DNA of 64,000 nt from Mytilus trossulus (Eukaryota), in contig NC_086386.1 in assembly GCF_036588685.1 (NCBI RefSeq), forward strand, positions 57,846,001 through 57,910,000, in the 5' to 3' direction. Under the pieces are notes generated by a model that did not search any database, was not told the origin of the DNA, and saw nothing but the letters and a program-made list of their open reading frames with translations. Below are positions 50,514 through 63,512 of the stretch, piece by piece. Made by a program: the position numbers and the translations under genes. Numbering within the stretch: position 1 is the stretch's first letter; each line of letters starts with the position of its first letter.

Positions 50514-51961
50514 TTTTTTTTATTTAGTATGTATACATATAGATTTTATTTAGTAATTAAGGTACCAGAAGAAATGTGATCTTTGCAGAACTTTTGCACA
50601 ATTTGGTGTTTTGCAGAACATTGTATCTTCTTTGATTAAACCTATCAAAATCTAAAAACACTCCATTCTACTTTCTGTTTTAAAAAACAATTGGAGATTC
50701 TCTAATTTTGTTGCATTGATACACACATTCAAAAATTTGAAAGCTGATATTTAATTGGCTGACGTCATGATAACCAGATTGGGGTGTTGTCATATCCTTG
50801 TAAGAAAAAAACTTAGACTCGTCATCTGTAGTTCAATGGTCCTCAATCAGATTGCTTTTTGAACAACCATTGAACTAATGCCCCCGCGAAATATATGAAT
50901 AATTCATGGTTGAGATACCGCTAACGTGTTTAACCCCGCCACTGTATGTACATGTATGTACGTGGCTGTCCCAAGTTATGAGCCTGTAACTCAGTGGTTG
51001 CCGTTTGTTTATGTGTTACATATTTGTTTTCCGTTTATTTTTTTATATATATATAAGGCCGTTAATTTTCTCGTTTGAATTGTTTTACATTGTCATTTCG
51101 GGGCCTTTTATGGCTGACTGACTAGCTGTTGAAGGCCGTACGGTGACCTATAGATGTTAGTTTCTGTGTCATTTTGGTCTCTTTTGGAGGATTGTCTCGT
51201 TTGCAACCATACCACATCTTCTTTTTTATATATACCATGCAAGTGAACCTAACCTTGCTCTTTGATTTGTGGTATTTGGTTTTTAATAAAATAGTTTTCA
51301 TTAGTTTAGGAGTATAATACATGTATGTTCGATTCCAACACATTCATGGCCGGTTTTATTTCTGAGTATTCAACTGCAGAATTTCTAAATTTGCTTATAT
51401 ATTTGCCATTCTGTTTATCTGAGCAGTTGTGTTACTGTCTGTGCACTTTTGAAAAGAGGCAAGAACAAAAGGTTTTACGTTTTTAAGCGTCATTTCAAAC
51501 GACCTATCATAAATAAATTGTGGTGTTAGCCGTGTATAATCTATATTCAGTGGCGGATTTAGACATTTTCACAAGTGGGGGCAAGCTGACTGCTTAAGAG
51601 AGGGACCGCGTCGGTCATGCTTCAGTGATTCCTTGTATAATCAACCAAATTTTCCGAGAAAAGAGGAGGGGCAGCAGGCTCCCTGTCCCCTCTAAATCCG
51701 CCTCTGATATTTACCAGAAAGAGAAGGTCTGGAGTGTAGTTGTTTCGTGACATTTTAATCTACTAGTATTTTACACAATAATATTGCTGTGGCTGATGGT
51801 AATTACATTTTCTTCCTACGCGACAAAAATAGCTGATCTGCGATATACCGTATGTCATCTACATTTGTATTTATTACAAAAGAGCAAGTACTGCGATACA
51901 ACTCACTATAAAGCCGACGAGGAAAGGCATTACTGAACAAATGTAGAATAAATGTTGTATA

Positions 51962-52058
51962 GCCTAGTTGACCAAGTGGTCAAGGACTATCGTGCATAAT
52001 GCGCACGGTCTTGCCATGAGTTATAAATGCAAGGGTTCGAATCAATTGAACGCTGGCA
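51962..52058 (+). other. tRNA-like sequence (probable SINE head); paralog at 42795-42894
   Basis: A-box-like tgaccaagtggtc, stem-loop cgtgc-ataatgc-gcacg, extra stem cttgc/gcaag, B-box ggttcgaatc. Confidence 0.45.
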
Positions 52059-52810
52059 TTGGTGAAACCAGGGGCGGGGAATGAAACCCCCCTTTTTTTG
52101 GGCAGGTCAATCATTCGCGGCATTTGAATGGGGACATATAGTTGGACCCCCCCTTTTTTGTCCTGGTTTTGGACCCCCTTTTTGTTAAATGGCTGAATCC
52201 GCCCCTGGCTGTAGATAAATATCGTTGGGCCAACCAAAGTATATAATTATATAAATGTAAATCAGCAAGGAAAATTAATGATACATAGGATATATATGTT
52301 AAAGAAGTTTAACATGTTTTTAATGTACCACTTTGTATTTAACTGTTTCATATTGGTAATTGTTTGGAGAAAAAAAATCATTTTTTATAAAATGTTCATC
52401 AGAGACTGAATGAAATGCATTTATCAGTAGATGGGACTTTTGTAGAATAGCGCTTGAGTGCTGGATATTTGGGACATTTACAGGAAAACGCCAAGTTAAG
52501 TCGTTTTAAACATATGTGACATCTACATCATGGTTTCTTCCGGTCTTCCATTATAACATCATTCAGGTATTGACCAAAGTCGAATAACGGCGGTTTGCCA
52601 TACTTTGTAATGTTTTTGTAAAACTGACCTACTATTAGACTTTTCGTGTTTTTCCGCTTTTTTTGTCCATGTTCTGATTTTGTGTAATGGTTGGATACCC
52701 TATATCCTCAAGCTTTGCTTTTCCATTGTTTAACTATTATACAACAAATGGTATAAAATTATTAAAATCAAACAAACAAAATGTTAAAAATATTATAACA
52801 TATTTTAATA

Positions 52811-55800
52811 TCAAAATGTGGCGGGAACAAGTACGCCATCAATAACATGTATAACACCATTAAGAACTGGAATGTCTGGCTGTGTAACGTGTGCGTGGTC
52901 AATAGTGACGGCTGAAAAATATAAAAGCATTTTTCTCTAAATAGATTCAGCGGGTATTTTTAATCGCGAAAAGATATTAAAATTTTCAAAACTAAAAATA
53001 AAACAAAGTTGAAATTTCGGACGAATTCCAAAGTCTTGCAAGCAATATCAGTGGTGGATCCAGAAGGGGGAATCCGGGGGTTGAAACCCCCTTTTTGGAC
53101 GATCAATGCATTTGAGTGGGAATGAGGTTGAACCCTTCCCACTTTTAACAATGGCTGGATCCGCCCCTGAAATGGCTGAATATGTTATACGTGTTTTGTT
53201 ACCATAATTCTATTGCACAAGGTTCCATGGATCTTTTTTTGTTGTTGGTTTTATCATATGCATTTCATGAAACATAGATACATGTATGAGGGACGTCCAG
53301 AGGGGTTTATATACTAGAGAAAACATATAGAAAAAAAAAGAATAGAGAATAATGGGATGTTTAAATATAAAGATTAGAGAATAATGAACTTTAAACTTAT
53401 ACAAAAAGAAAAAGAAAGAAAATATGAAAAAAGGTGATACTCATCTGACCCGCATGAAATCAAAATCTTCTGTAAATCTCCCCATGGACGGACCTAGCCA
53501 TTTTTAAAAGGGCTCACAACCTAGGAGAAATGTTCTTAACATATTTCCCCATTCAAATACATTGATCGTTCAAAGAAAGGGATTCAAACCTCATACCCCC
53601 TCCCCCGGCCCGGATCTATCACTGCTGATGCCACTAGTTCCTATGCCTAATACTCACCTGTGCCTGCTTTAGTGACTGTAAAAGCACTTCCGGCCAGAGT
53701 TGATACTTTTTGTCCATCTTTAAGATCTGCAGCGTATGTAGATCCACTGACCACATGATATTTCAAAATATCTAAATAAAAAGATAAGATATGATTGATA
53801 CATTTTGATATTATGATACTATTGATATGACAAAATATAGATTGAGTAAAAAACATATTTCTTCTGGCGAGACTATATTGTGTACTTTGTGTTCGCTTGT
53901 TTTCTCGCTTTGTTTTTTGGTAATGTTTTAATGATACATTAATGAACCACGACGTTGTAAGCGGCAGTATTGCATTATGTACGTCGAATAAATGCAAAAC
54001 AAATAGCAAGAAATCAGTTTACTAATTATATTTGCAAATTATGTAACTCTATAGATATTGGGGTGATATAAGGCAGCAACCATTTGATTTTCGAGGGGGG
54101 AAAGGGGGGGGGGGGGGGGCTATGGATTTTTTTGAGAAAAAAAAGTGTTTTTCCAGTTTTTAGAGAAAAACATAATTTGTTTTTGACCCTGAGAATAAAA
54201 ATGTGTTTGTTTCACCCTCAGATGCCAATATCGGTAATGCTAAAATTGAAAGAAAAAAAATGTTTTCGACTTGTTGCAAAAAAAAGATTATCTTTTGCCG
54301 AAGGCGAAAAAAAAAGTTTGTCCAGAAAAAAAAAGAAAAAATCCCCCCACCCCAGAAAATCGAATGGTTTCTGCCTAAGAACCATATAAAACATACCAAA
54401 ATTCATCTTTCATTTGACATGTATTTATCTAAATGTTTCAAAATCTATCAAAGTTATATACAAGTACAAGTACAATCATGCATACGTACACAAGCATGTC
54501 ATACAAGTCGATTTCTATCTTACGCAGCTCTTATTTATACAGTAAGCTTCTTATTTTAAGAGTTCATGATAGCCGGTTTCGGTATATTTGTACAATGTAC
54601 ATGCACAGCACACGGCGGAATTTGAAAGAAAGAAAACAATACTTTTGACATAAACAAAAAAATAGATCTATAGAGCATGCCGCAAAAGATCTAGGATATC
54701 TCTCGATTTTCCTTATTTAATATACGTGCCAATGAGTCAAGTTGAAAATATATAACTTTTACAAAATTTTCTATCATGTAATGATGGATTTCTCACGAAA
54801 AAGATTGGATTATGTCATAATATCTTACTTTTAAAAAGATTCATATCTGAGGCTAGACTTTGTAGTGAGGTTGACAAAGTTGCGAATGCTGCATCTGTTG
54901 GTGCAAATAACGTGAAAGGTCCTGGACCTACAAAAGAAAAATCATAAGAATAAGGTACATGTTGAGAAACTGTCAGTGTGACACTAGACTCTAGAGGTCA
55001 ATGATAAAAGGTCATTCAAGGTCAATGACATAGGGGCATCCAAGTTCAATGATAGACATGCATCCATACTAAATATTGAGCTCTTAAATAATCCGATTAC
55101 AATATACACAAATAGAGAAGACCGCTAGGGTTAACCGGTTGTTTGGAACCAAACTAAAAAATGTAAAAATGTCCTTTCCCAGTGCTAGGAACCATTTATA
55201 AGGCAGTTACCATTTAAATTAAAAAAAAGGGTTGTAGTCCGATTATATTTACGTTATTTTTCGACGCTATCAATCATAACTTATTATTTTCAAAATTTAA
55301 CACTAAAAAGTATGGGGGACTATTTTTGTCACCTGCTTGACCACAGTATTTTTTTCATTAACTTAGGATCAGAATATTTTTAAGAGAAAAACGTAATTAT
55401 ATCTATATAAATACAACTCGTCTAAACATCAACCCAACAATGTTAGATCTGTAAATTTGTTCTTCCCTCGCCGGGATTCGAACCCATGTATATATATATA
55501 TGTAGGCATTCGTATTGAATTTAGGCAAACTACTAAACACCAGCTTGCATGCTATGAAAAACGTTTAATTTTGTTTGACACGACGCACATGTTGACTGCT
55601 CTTTCGTATTAACACAAACTAACCTTCTAGTGCTGACAGTAAACCACCAAGTGTCAATGCTGCCGTCAGGTCACTGAATTTGTCTTGATTTTTCAAAAGA
55701 TACTCAACCATATTGACGCTTGCAGCTGGAACATTGAAGACGAAATCAATTCCTTGTACAACACCATTAGATACTATGACGTCGGGAAGGATAACTTTGA

Positions 55801-58800
55801 CACCATTAACCATTACTGCCTACAATATAAATCACAAAAGCATATAAATCGTGAAAGCCGATCATGATCGATTCATTATGATTTTGAGTCGATGTAATAA
55901 AACGATCGCGATTGATTATTTCGTATCAATTCAGACCGACTCTACTGACACCATATATGGTTGGTCTCGATAGCTCTGGTTAATTGATTCATTTATTCGA
56001 GGTCCAAATAAAATTGTAAAACGTCCTTATATGAAACGACCTGTTTAAGATCAGAAAAAAGTCAAAGGGACTTAAGGGTTGATCGCATGCAATAGTTCTT
56101 ACAATTTAATGATCGACCGGATTCAAATGAACAAAAAAAAATCAATTTATTATAAAAAACAATTTTATCAATGTGAAATGCAGGCAAATTACATAAGATA
56201 TACGTATGCTTGTCTATCTCCTTAGGCTTTGTTTACCTTTTTAGAAATGTTTTGCAGAATTGGAAATGTTTAAATCTTATTTTATTTTTATTTTTTTATG
56301 ATTCGACATTAGAATTATCGCAATAATTAGTATCTGATACATTTTAGATATAATGTATACGCGTTGATTCTTGAAAAAGAAACCATGAGCCCGGAAAATG
56401 AATAGCCTGACGTCAAGACAGTGGTTTAATTTATATGACCTTGTGTTGATATAGGTACATCAAAAACGATGAATCATTTAGCCCCATAATATGTTGTTAT
56501 TAAAACATGCAGGGAAGTTTTTCCAAAAGACATACACACGCTCCTAAAAGGACAACATTCTATTGATATGATAATAGGAAACACGAACTGGGGAACAATG
56601 TAGTTTATAAGCACTAAATTGTTTCCTTATACATTAGGTGAACCTTGTTTCAGAGATATGACTCTTAAATCAGTTAATGCCTTTGTAAAAGTCAAGTTTC
56701 ATCAACGTATTTTAATCATGTACATGCGACAGATTGGAAATAATCCGTTACCCAGATGCTTAGAATATATTTATAAAAATGGTTGACACAAGCATACTGA
56801 TGATTTTAAGAGTTATTTCCCTTAATCTCTGTCTAACTACTAATATCACAACAATGGGATTTCAGTATTTTCTGTGAATATATCTGAACTTTGAAACTAT
56901 AAATAAGAATGACACGAAATAGGCAAACTAGAATGAAATTGGCTCAAGGGTTCATGAAAAAAAACCCGAATAATCAAATTACTAAATAACGTAAAGCTTT
57001 TAAGTTACAAGTTATTCTACTTTTATATAGCTACATTAAACTTACGCCAGCGCCATCTTTGGTCAAAGTTAAGTTAGTACCGCCAAGGGATACTTCGTTG
57101 TCTCCGCTTTTGATGAATGGTGAAATGAGTGCTCCATTTGTCACATGTTTCAGCAACAAACTTCTGATTGCAGTTTGATCATTAAGAAGTTGTTGTAAAA
57201 TTGGTGCTGGTATTTTCTGGAAGGCGGCATCAGTTGGTATAAATGCCGTAAATGGACCTGTACATTACAAATGTTGATCAGTATATGTTTCATAATTCAG
57301 TTTATGATATTGTAGATTAAAATTTAAAACAGATATAGAATCAAATTTAAAAATTCAACAGTGTTTTCAACCGACAATCTTTCTGAGTTTGCTCCCGTTG
57401 GTTTGCTGTGGTTTGCGTTGCATGCGCAATTCTTAGTTTTCGTACTTTTTGTTTTGAAATGGTGTTTGTCTTTTAGTCTTTGTTTCTTTTGGCCATGTTA
57501 TTTTCTGTGTTCATCCATTATATACGGTTTGCTCCTTCCAAGTATCTTCTCTCCCTATATCCAAGATGGTGTGAATAATGTTTACAGCATAAAAAAGAAT
57601 GGTCCGAGACTACGGGTCAATAGACAAAAGACTTCCAATATAAAGGAGATGTCACAGTAGTTTAAATACAACGAAAACAAGTTGTAACCATATCTGAATT
57701 CAAGGAGATGTATATCATCGTTGTTAGTTGACAAAATATCCTCTAACTTAGTTATATTTTGAAATAATTACATTAGATGTATGTTTTATTATAAAACTTT
57801 ATTCTGATTGACTAACTGCACATCACATGTTATTCCTCAAGCAATTGCATCACTCAATAAAACTTTTCATTCATGATAACACGTGGTCCCACAATAAAGT
57901 GCACAGGTGAATTGAATAAAAAAGTTATAAAATTCATGTTTTCATGAACATAGCTAAAAAATGTAATTATAAGTATTGAATGCTTCTTTTTGTAACTTCA
58001 TAGGGTTGTAAAATCGTTGACCATGCGCACATTTTTAGAAAATGTACTTCGGTCAACGCTTTTACACCCAAATGAATTTAGAAAAAGAAGCATTCAATTC
58101 TTAATTACAATGTATTCGAACAAAATTCCTTCTAAAACAGCGTTATCTCCTGATGCAAAACAGTCAATAATATACCCAGCAATAAAGTATATAATTATCA
58201 GTAAAACTGTGATATACATATAAAGAGATGTGGAAGGATTGAAACAGCTATCCACAATGACCAGTGGACAAGAATGTAAACAATAACATGTCACAGTATG
58301 GCCTTCAGCAATAAACAAATCTATACTGTAAAGTTTGCCGTAAAATGTCCCAACCTGGATGACAAAACAATTCATAAAACAAAACAAACTATATGCTATG
58401 AGCTAAAACCGATAAACTGAAAAACATAAAACATAAAACTACTGAAATACAAACTCCTCACTTGGGACAGACACAACCTGACAGAATGTAGAAGATCAAA
58501 GGTCAAGGTCGTCATAACCTCTTACCTTGTGTCAACCATATTAGATCATTGAATGCAGAACTTGTCTCAAGTAATTTTCATCCTTTATCTATCATTTTGT
58601 AAAAATAACAAAAACGACAATTTTAAGTTCCCAACGGAGACATAAACATTTTTTTATCAACATATTTCTTGTTTGTTTATCGATAGATACCAACTAACAA
58701 AATTTCATGAAAAACCTGAGACTATGCGTTGCGCAATTTTGTTGATGATAACAGAAAATTGCTATTCACATGATAACAAGCGCTATAATACCGAATGTAC

Positions 58801-59540
58801 TAAGAATAAATGGTCATTGGACTGATGCTTGCACGCAATATCATAATTTTTGTTCAGTAAACCGTGAAATCGGGGTTACAATCGTTTTTGGCACATATAT
58901 TTACTTTAGCGTTTACCTTACAATGAATGACCTAGTGCACTAAACTTCGAGTAATTGGGACCAAGACGAAATGGCGAAACCAAATGACCATAAGATAAGA
59001 TGGACGGACGGACGAATGTTCCTATGATATAATAGTAAGGGCAAATGAAAATATCTAAGATAACGTGTACATATGTGTAAATGAATGATAAAAAGAATGC
59101 CCCTTCCGCACTATCATTTTCTATGTTTATTGGACCGTGAAAATGGGGTAAAAACTCTAATTTGGCATTCAAATTAAAAGAATCATATCATAGGGAACAT
59201 GTGTACTAAGTTTCAAGTTGATTGGACTTCAACTACATCAAAAACTACCTCAAAGCTTTAACAGGAAGTGGGACAGACGGATGAACGAACGGACACACAG
59301 ACCAGAAGACATAATGCCCATAAATTGGGCATAACAAAACTTGTATAAAAATAATCAAAAACCTTATATAAAGATAATCATACCTCCTGATTGAAGTTCA
59401 GTTGTCAAGTTTGCAATTTTAATAGCTTGGACGGCATATGTAAAATTGGCTGGTTTGCTCTGTAAATATTCTAAAATAGTTGCTCCAAATGAACCAGATA
59501 AACAAGACAGAAACACGGCACACACATACAAAGACCTCAT
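52811..59540 (-). CDS. secreted two-FAS1 protein D, 292 aa
   Basis: Exons 59540-59384, 57257-57046, 55819-55624, 54927-54829, 53771-53658, 52911-52811, all GT-AG, total 879 nt, open. Signal peptide MRSLYVCAVFLSCLSGSFG. Motifs GPFTAFIPTDAAF, VSNGVVQGIDFV; GPFTLFAPTDAAF, LKYHVV, NGVIHVIDGVL. Confidence 0.92.
53049..53169. mobile_element. small GC-rich MITE (cagtggtggatccag...ctggatccgcccctg)
   Basis: Imperfect TIRs. Related copies at ~42385, 42895, 51548 and 52060. Confidence 0.6.
57963..58108. repeat. imperfect palindrome (MITE-like)
   Basis: gtaattataagtattgaatgcttctttt..tgtaaaa.cgttgacc / ggtcaacgcttttaca..aaaagaagcattcaattcttaattac. Confidence 0.7.
59095..59335 (+). mobile_element. HINE/pearl-like repeat; related copy at ~14385-14545
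   Basis: Shared string aacatgtgtactaagtttcaagtt..gacttc..catcaaaaactacctc..acggacac.cagaccagaa.acataatgcccataaat. Confidence 0.65.
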
Positions 59541-61502
59541 TGTGAATAAATGTGAGAGTACTGACTAAAAATCGGTGATATAAGACGACATTGAATAGAT
59601 AAGGTTGGTCTATTTTACTGACTGTCCGTGACTTTTGACAGATATCAAGTCACGTATTGTTATGAAACTTCAGATTATTAATATTTTATCAATAATATTT
59701 TCCAAATATATGAATTTATGAATTTGTAATTATTGTTTAGAAATCGATGTTGAGCTTCTCAATTTGTTTTTGTTAATGTTGCACAATAACATGATAAAAA
59801 CAGATTTAAAAATATTGTTAGGTAGATTGTTTTGTGCTGGAAACAAGTTTGGTTGCATGTAATGTATACAGTCTTCTGCAAAATACTAGAAGTCCAGTAC
59901 ATATAAACGGAAAATATAGGGTCAGAAAGGGCAAAATGGGAACCGAAATAATCGTTCTCAATCGAGTCAGTTCTATTTTCCAATATCATTAGAACAATAT
60001 TTTTATAAACTTTTATTTTTAAAATTTGACTCTTCGTTTTAGGATTTTGATAAATGAAAGAATATAAGTATACGCCACTTAGCCCAGCAACAGCAATCCA
60101 GCAAAAGCTGGTATTGTTTTTACTTTGTCTCTCCCCATAGTCTTAGTTTAAACATATTTATATATAGTGGATTTGGAAAAAGTTATTACAACTTATTTAA
60201 ATCTCTTTCCACTTTGCGAGTGTTGTAGTGCATTAACCTGTTCTTTTTCGAAATCTACAAGGGTGTCATTGGTCTCTCGTTACACAGGTCAGCCATTTAT
60301 CGTCCCATTCCGACGGACTAGCATCGTTTCTCAAGACCATACTCGAAAGTGGTGTCAATGAAGTTTTAGAGCCGATAATTAAGTCCCTAAAGATTTCTCA
60401 CTGGAACGGATATCGCACAAGGAACCTTAAAGTTTGTGTGAAACTAGTATTTCTCCGTATTAAATTCATTTTAGCTGAATATTTTCTATTTTCAAAGAGT
60501 GCTGAATGATACAATGTTTAGTTTTTACAAGGATTTTTATCATATTTGACACATAATTAACTACTCCTCGTGATGCTACACGTATTCTGTAAATTTTGAA
60601 ATGTACTAGTATTAATTTTAGAATTTTAAAGACAATTTAACCCTATATAATATAGAAAAAAATGAAACCGGAAGTACTACTTTTCAATCTATATTTGTAT
60701 ATTTTTAAGCACGGATTTCAGTTAGCCAAGGTTATGTCATGTTACTCTCAGTATACAACATGATATTGACAGTTGGAACATTTATAAGGTGAACATGTCT
60801 ATTTCAAAGGTAATATTATCTTGAGATTGTGCGTCCAAATGTCTTTGAGTGTTTACAAATTCTCAAGAGTCGCTCAGTGTGTATCCTACAGTGAAGAACA
60901 TTGTATTCAACACCTTGAAAAAGTTTGGTTTTAACCAAGTGTTATACGTATACAGGTGTTGTTGATTTTCATTTCGGCACACAAGTTTATTTTGATTTAG
61001 TGATGAATGCGTTTTTTACTCCCAAATATTAAACATCCATTGCCCTACCGGATGTCCTTCCATCTATTAGTTCTTAAGCTTTTTTTCATTGCATGTATAT
61101 GGTTTTATGATTTGATTATACACTATACCATCATTTTCATGTTGCAGTCCAATTTGCCCGACCTTAATCTCAGAAAGCCTCTATTACAGGACCTTCTTAT
61201 TGCATTTTTTGTTAATTTATTCTTATCCTGAACATGTCTGAAATATTTGTCGCTGGACAATACGAAACCAACAATCAATTGACCCAACAATTAAGAATAT
61301 CGATCACTATTTCAAGTTGGCAGATATACGGATACTGCACTAATTATGACGTTTGATAAATTAATCGTGTTACTGTCTTTTTATTAACAAAACTTCTGTC
61401 ATGTAATCATGTATTTAATGCAAAAAGACTACTGATAATAACAAGTATTATTTTGTACAATTTACTATTGTGAAATGTTATTGAAAATAACAATTAAAAT
61501 GT

Positions 61503-62351
61503 TCAAGCATCAATTTTGATATCGAGGTTCATCATCATTGGGAGGAACTGCTGCATCATACCTTGGGTATTTCCCATTTTACCGGATTTCATGGCGGTCC
61601 TCAACATGTCTTTCAAAGAGCTTGAGTCAATATCGTCTTTGGCATCCATTCCCATATCTTTCAATTCTTCCATCATTGCTTTCTTGAATTCTCCCTGTGC
61701 CTTTTCTTTGTTGAATTCAACTCCTTCTTGTTTCATTTCTTCCATGATTTTTTCTTTGAGCATTCTTCTAACTTCATCGTTGGATGCATCGTCTTTTGCT
61801 CCAATCATCATTCTGATCTCAACATGGACGTTTTTACGGAGAGCTTCATGATCATTAGTATCAATACCCTCGTATCTTAGATTCTCTCCCATCATTTCAG
61901 TTATTTTGGGTAACATTTGACCTCTTAACCCGGAAGCACCTTGACTCAAATCAAATCCAAAGTTGTCCATCTCATTTTTGAAATCTTTAACAGATTCCTC
62001 TTTCATTTGTTCTTTCATTTCGCCCATTTCTTTCATCATCATGTCCTTCATTGCGTCCTTGTTGTCGGCCATTTTACCAGACAGACCGGAAACCATGGAA
62101 GACACGTCGAAATCCTCTGGCATATTTTTGACGGCGTTCTTTATTTGGTCTTCGGTGATTCCCATACTTCTAGCCATGTCTCTCATTTCTGGTGACATGT
62201 GTTTGATGGCGTTTTTGATGTCGGCTGGTTTAAGGTCTTTGAGCATGTCCATGGCACCACTTGGGAGCTGCCCACCAAATCCTCCCATTAATCCAGGGAA
62301 TTGAGCCATGGCGCCGACAGCCAAAAGACCGAAAAGAACTATCTTAATCAT
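61503..62351 (-). CDS. secreted methionine-rich acidic/basic helical protein of unknown family, 282 aa, single coding exon
   Basis: 849-nt open frame. ATG 62351 follows a tttcag acceptor (exon starts at 62355). Signal peptide MIKIVLFGLLAVGAMA. About 40 Met by hand count, no Cys or Trp. AATAAA on the minus strand near 61380. Confidence 0.85.
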   Translation of the reverse strand: MIKIVLFGLLAVGAMAQFPGLMGGFGGQLPSGAMDMLKDLKPADIKNAIKHMSPEMRDMARSMGITEDQIKNAVKNMPEDFDVSSMVSGLSGKMADNKDAMKDMMMKEMGEMKEQMKEESVKDFKNEMDNFGFDLSQGASGLRGQMLPKITEMMGENLRYEGIDTNDHEALRKNVHVEIRMMIGAKDDASNDEVRRMLKEKIMEEMKQEGVEFNKEKAQGEFKKAMMEELKDMGMDAKDDIDSSSLKDMLRTAMKSGKMGNTQGMMQQFLPMMMNLDIKIDA

Positions 62352-63512
62352 GATTCTGAAATAAATCAACAGATACATGTGATAGATGTGTTAATTCAGA
62401 TTGGACCCAACAAAATATAGCTAAATTTCCTGCTTCCCTGTATACCTTAAATTTATCTGCATTAACATATTATTAAGGGTGCAATCATTTTACTTCAACA
62501 AGGAGAATTGTGTTTCTTTGTCAGATTCAGAAATTTATTAGTTTTCGTGCAAAGCCCAACAATTTATTTCAGTTTTTCAACGATATGAATTTAGTTTCAT
62601 TTTTTTTTCAAAATTTAAGACATGTATAAAGCTTAATATAGAAATCTAGATTCGGAATATTTTGTTGTTGAAAAAACCTTTACCTCCCACCTTTGAAATT
62701 AGATAGTAGTTCCAATAACACAAATAAAAGATCTTTTGGTTATAAACACTGTTAAAGTCTATACTTTTTTTTGTTAATCTTCGTTCAAATCCAGAACAAA
62801 TCCCTATACATAATGGATAAAGGTTAATAAAAATTTATAAATGTTTTTCTAAAAAAAATATCTACCCTATTTTTTGTCTGACAGGCGGCAAGACACAAAT
62901 TAATAATATGAAAACAAGACAGCCTTCAACAATGAGAAAAAAATACAAATTCCGTATGGTCGGCTATAAAAGGTCCCGACATCAAAGAAATGAAAAATTT
63001 CAATTGAAAATACTATGGGCCTAATTTATAACAAACCAATTTACGCAAAACTTATACGGCAGATATGAATTAATCGACGACAAACACTGAACTGCAGAAT
63101 CCTGACTTATGACAGCCTCATACACAATTTTTAAATTTTTTGCCATTGCATTAATGTATACATACATGAACATTCTTGGAAATACGAACAGTAACTCTAA
63201 TTTAAATCTAAATTAAAATCGCTACGAACGAGAACCTCGGTTTTTTTTTGTCCAGATCAAAAGCATATTTTTTTCGACAAGTTCACGATGTTGTATTTTA
63301 TTCAGGACTACATATTGAAGATGAATTTTAGCATTATGGTTTGAGTATTTGTAACAACGGATTTTTTTAATATAATAAACTATGAAACATTTCGTATATA
63401 TACGTACATTGTTCAGGTTTTTTTTCTAAAATCTATATGCAGCCCTTACAACTTTTTTTACGTAAAAAACAAACTACGTTAAAAAATTACAAACTAATTT
63501 TTTTCAACTTAC

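Larger units (their letters stand above)
50069..52489 (+). repeat. direct duplication, copy 2 (with extra repeat insertions at ~50215-50513 and ~50915-51232)
   Basis: See 41519-43300. Homology resumes on both sides of each insertion. Confidence 0.85.

Noticed and set aside
54084-54648. Lys- or Phe-rich ORFs
   Set aside because: They derive from poly-A/T/G tracts of an intronic repeat in gene D.
60167-60361. 64-aa ORF between gene D and the Met-rich gene
   Set aside because: It has a GTG start and no motifs, and the minus strand looks more like a decayed SINE body; too weak to call either way.
61516-62304. Plus-strand ORFs overlapping the Met-rich gene, including a His-rich one
   Set aside because: These are antisense shadows of the ATG/GAA/AAA-rich coding strand (CAT gives His).
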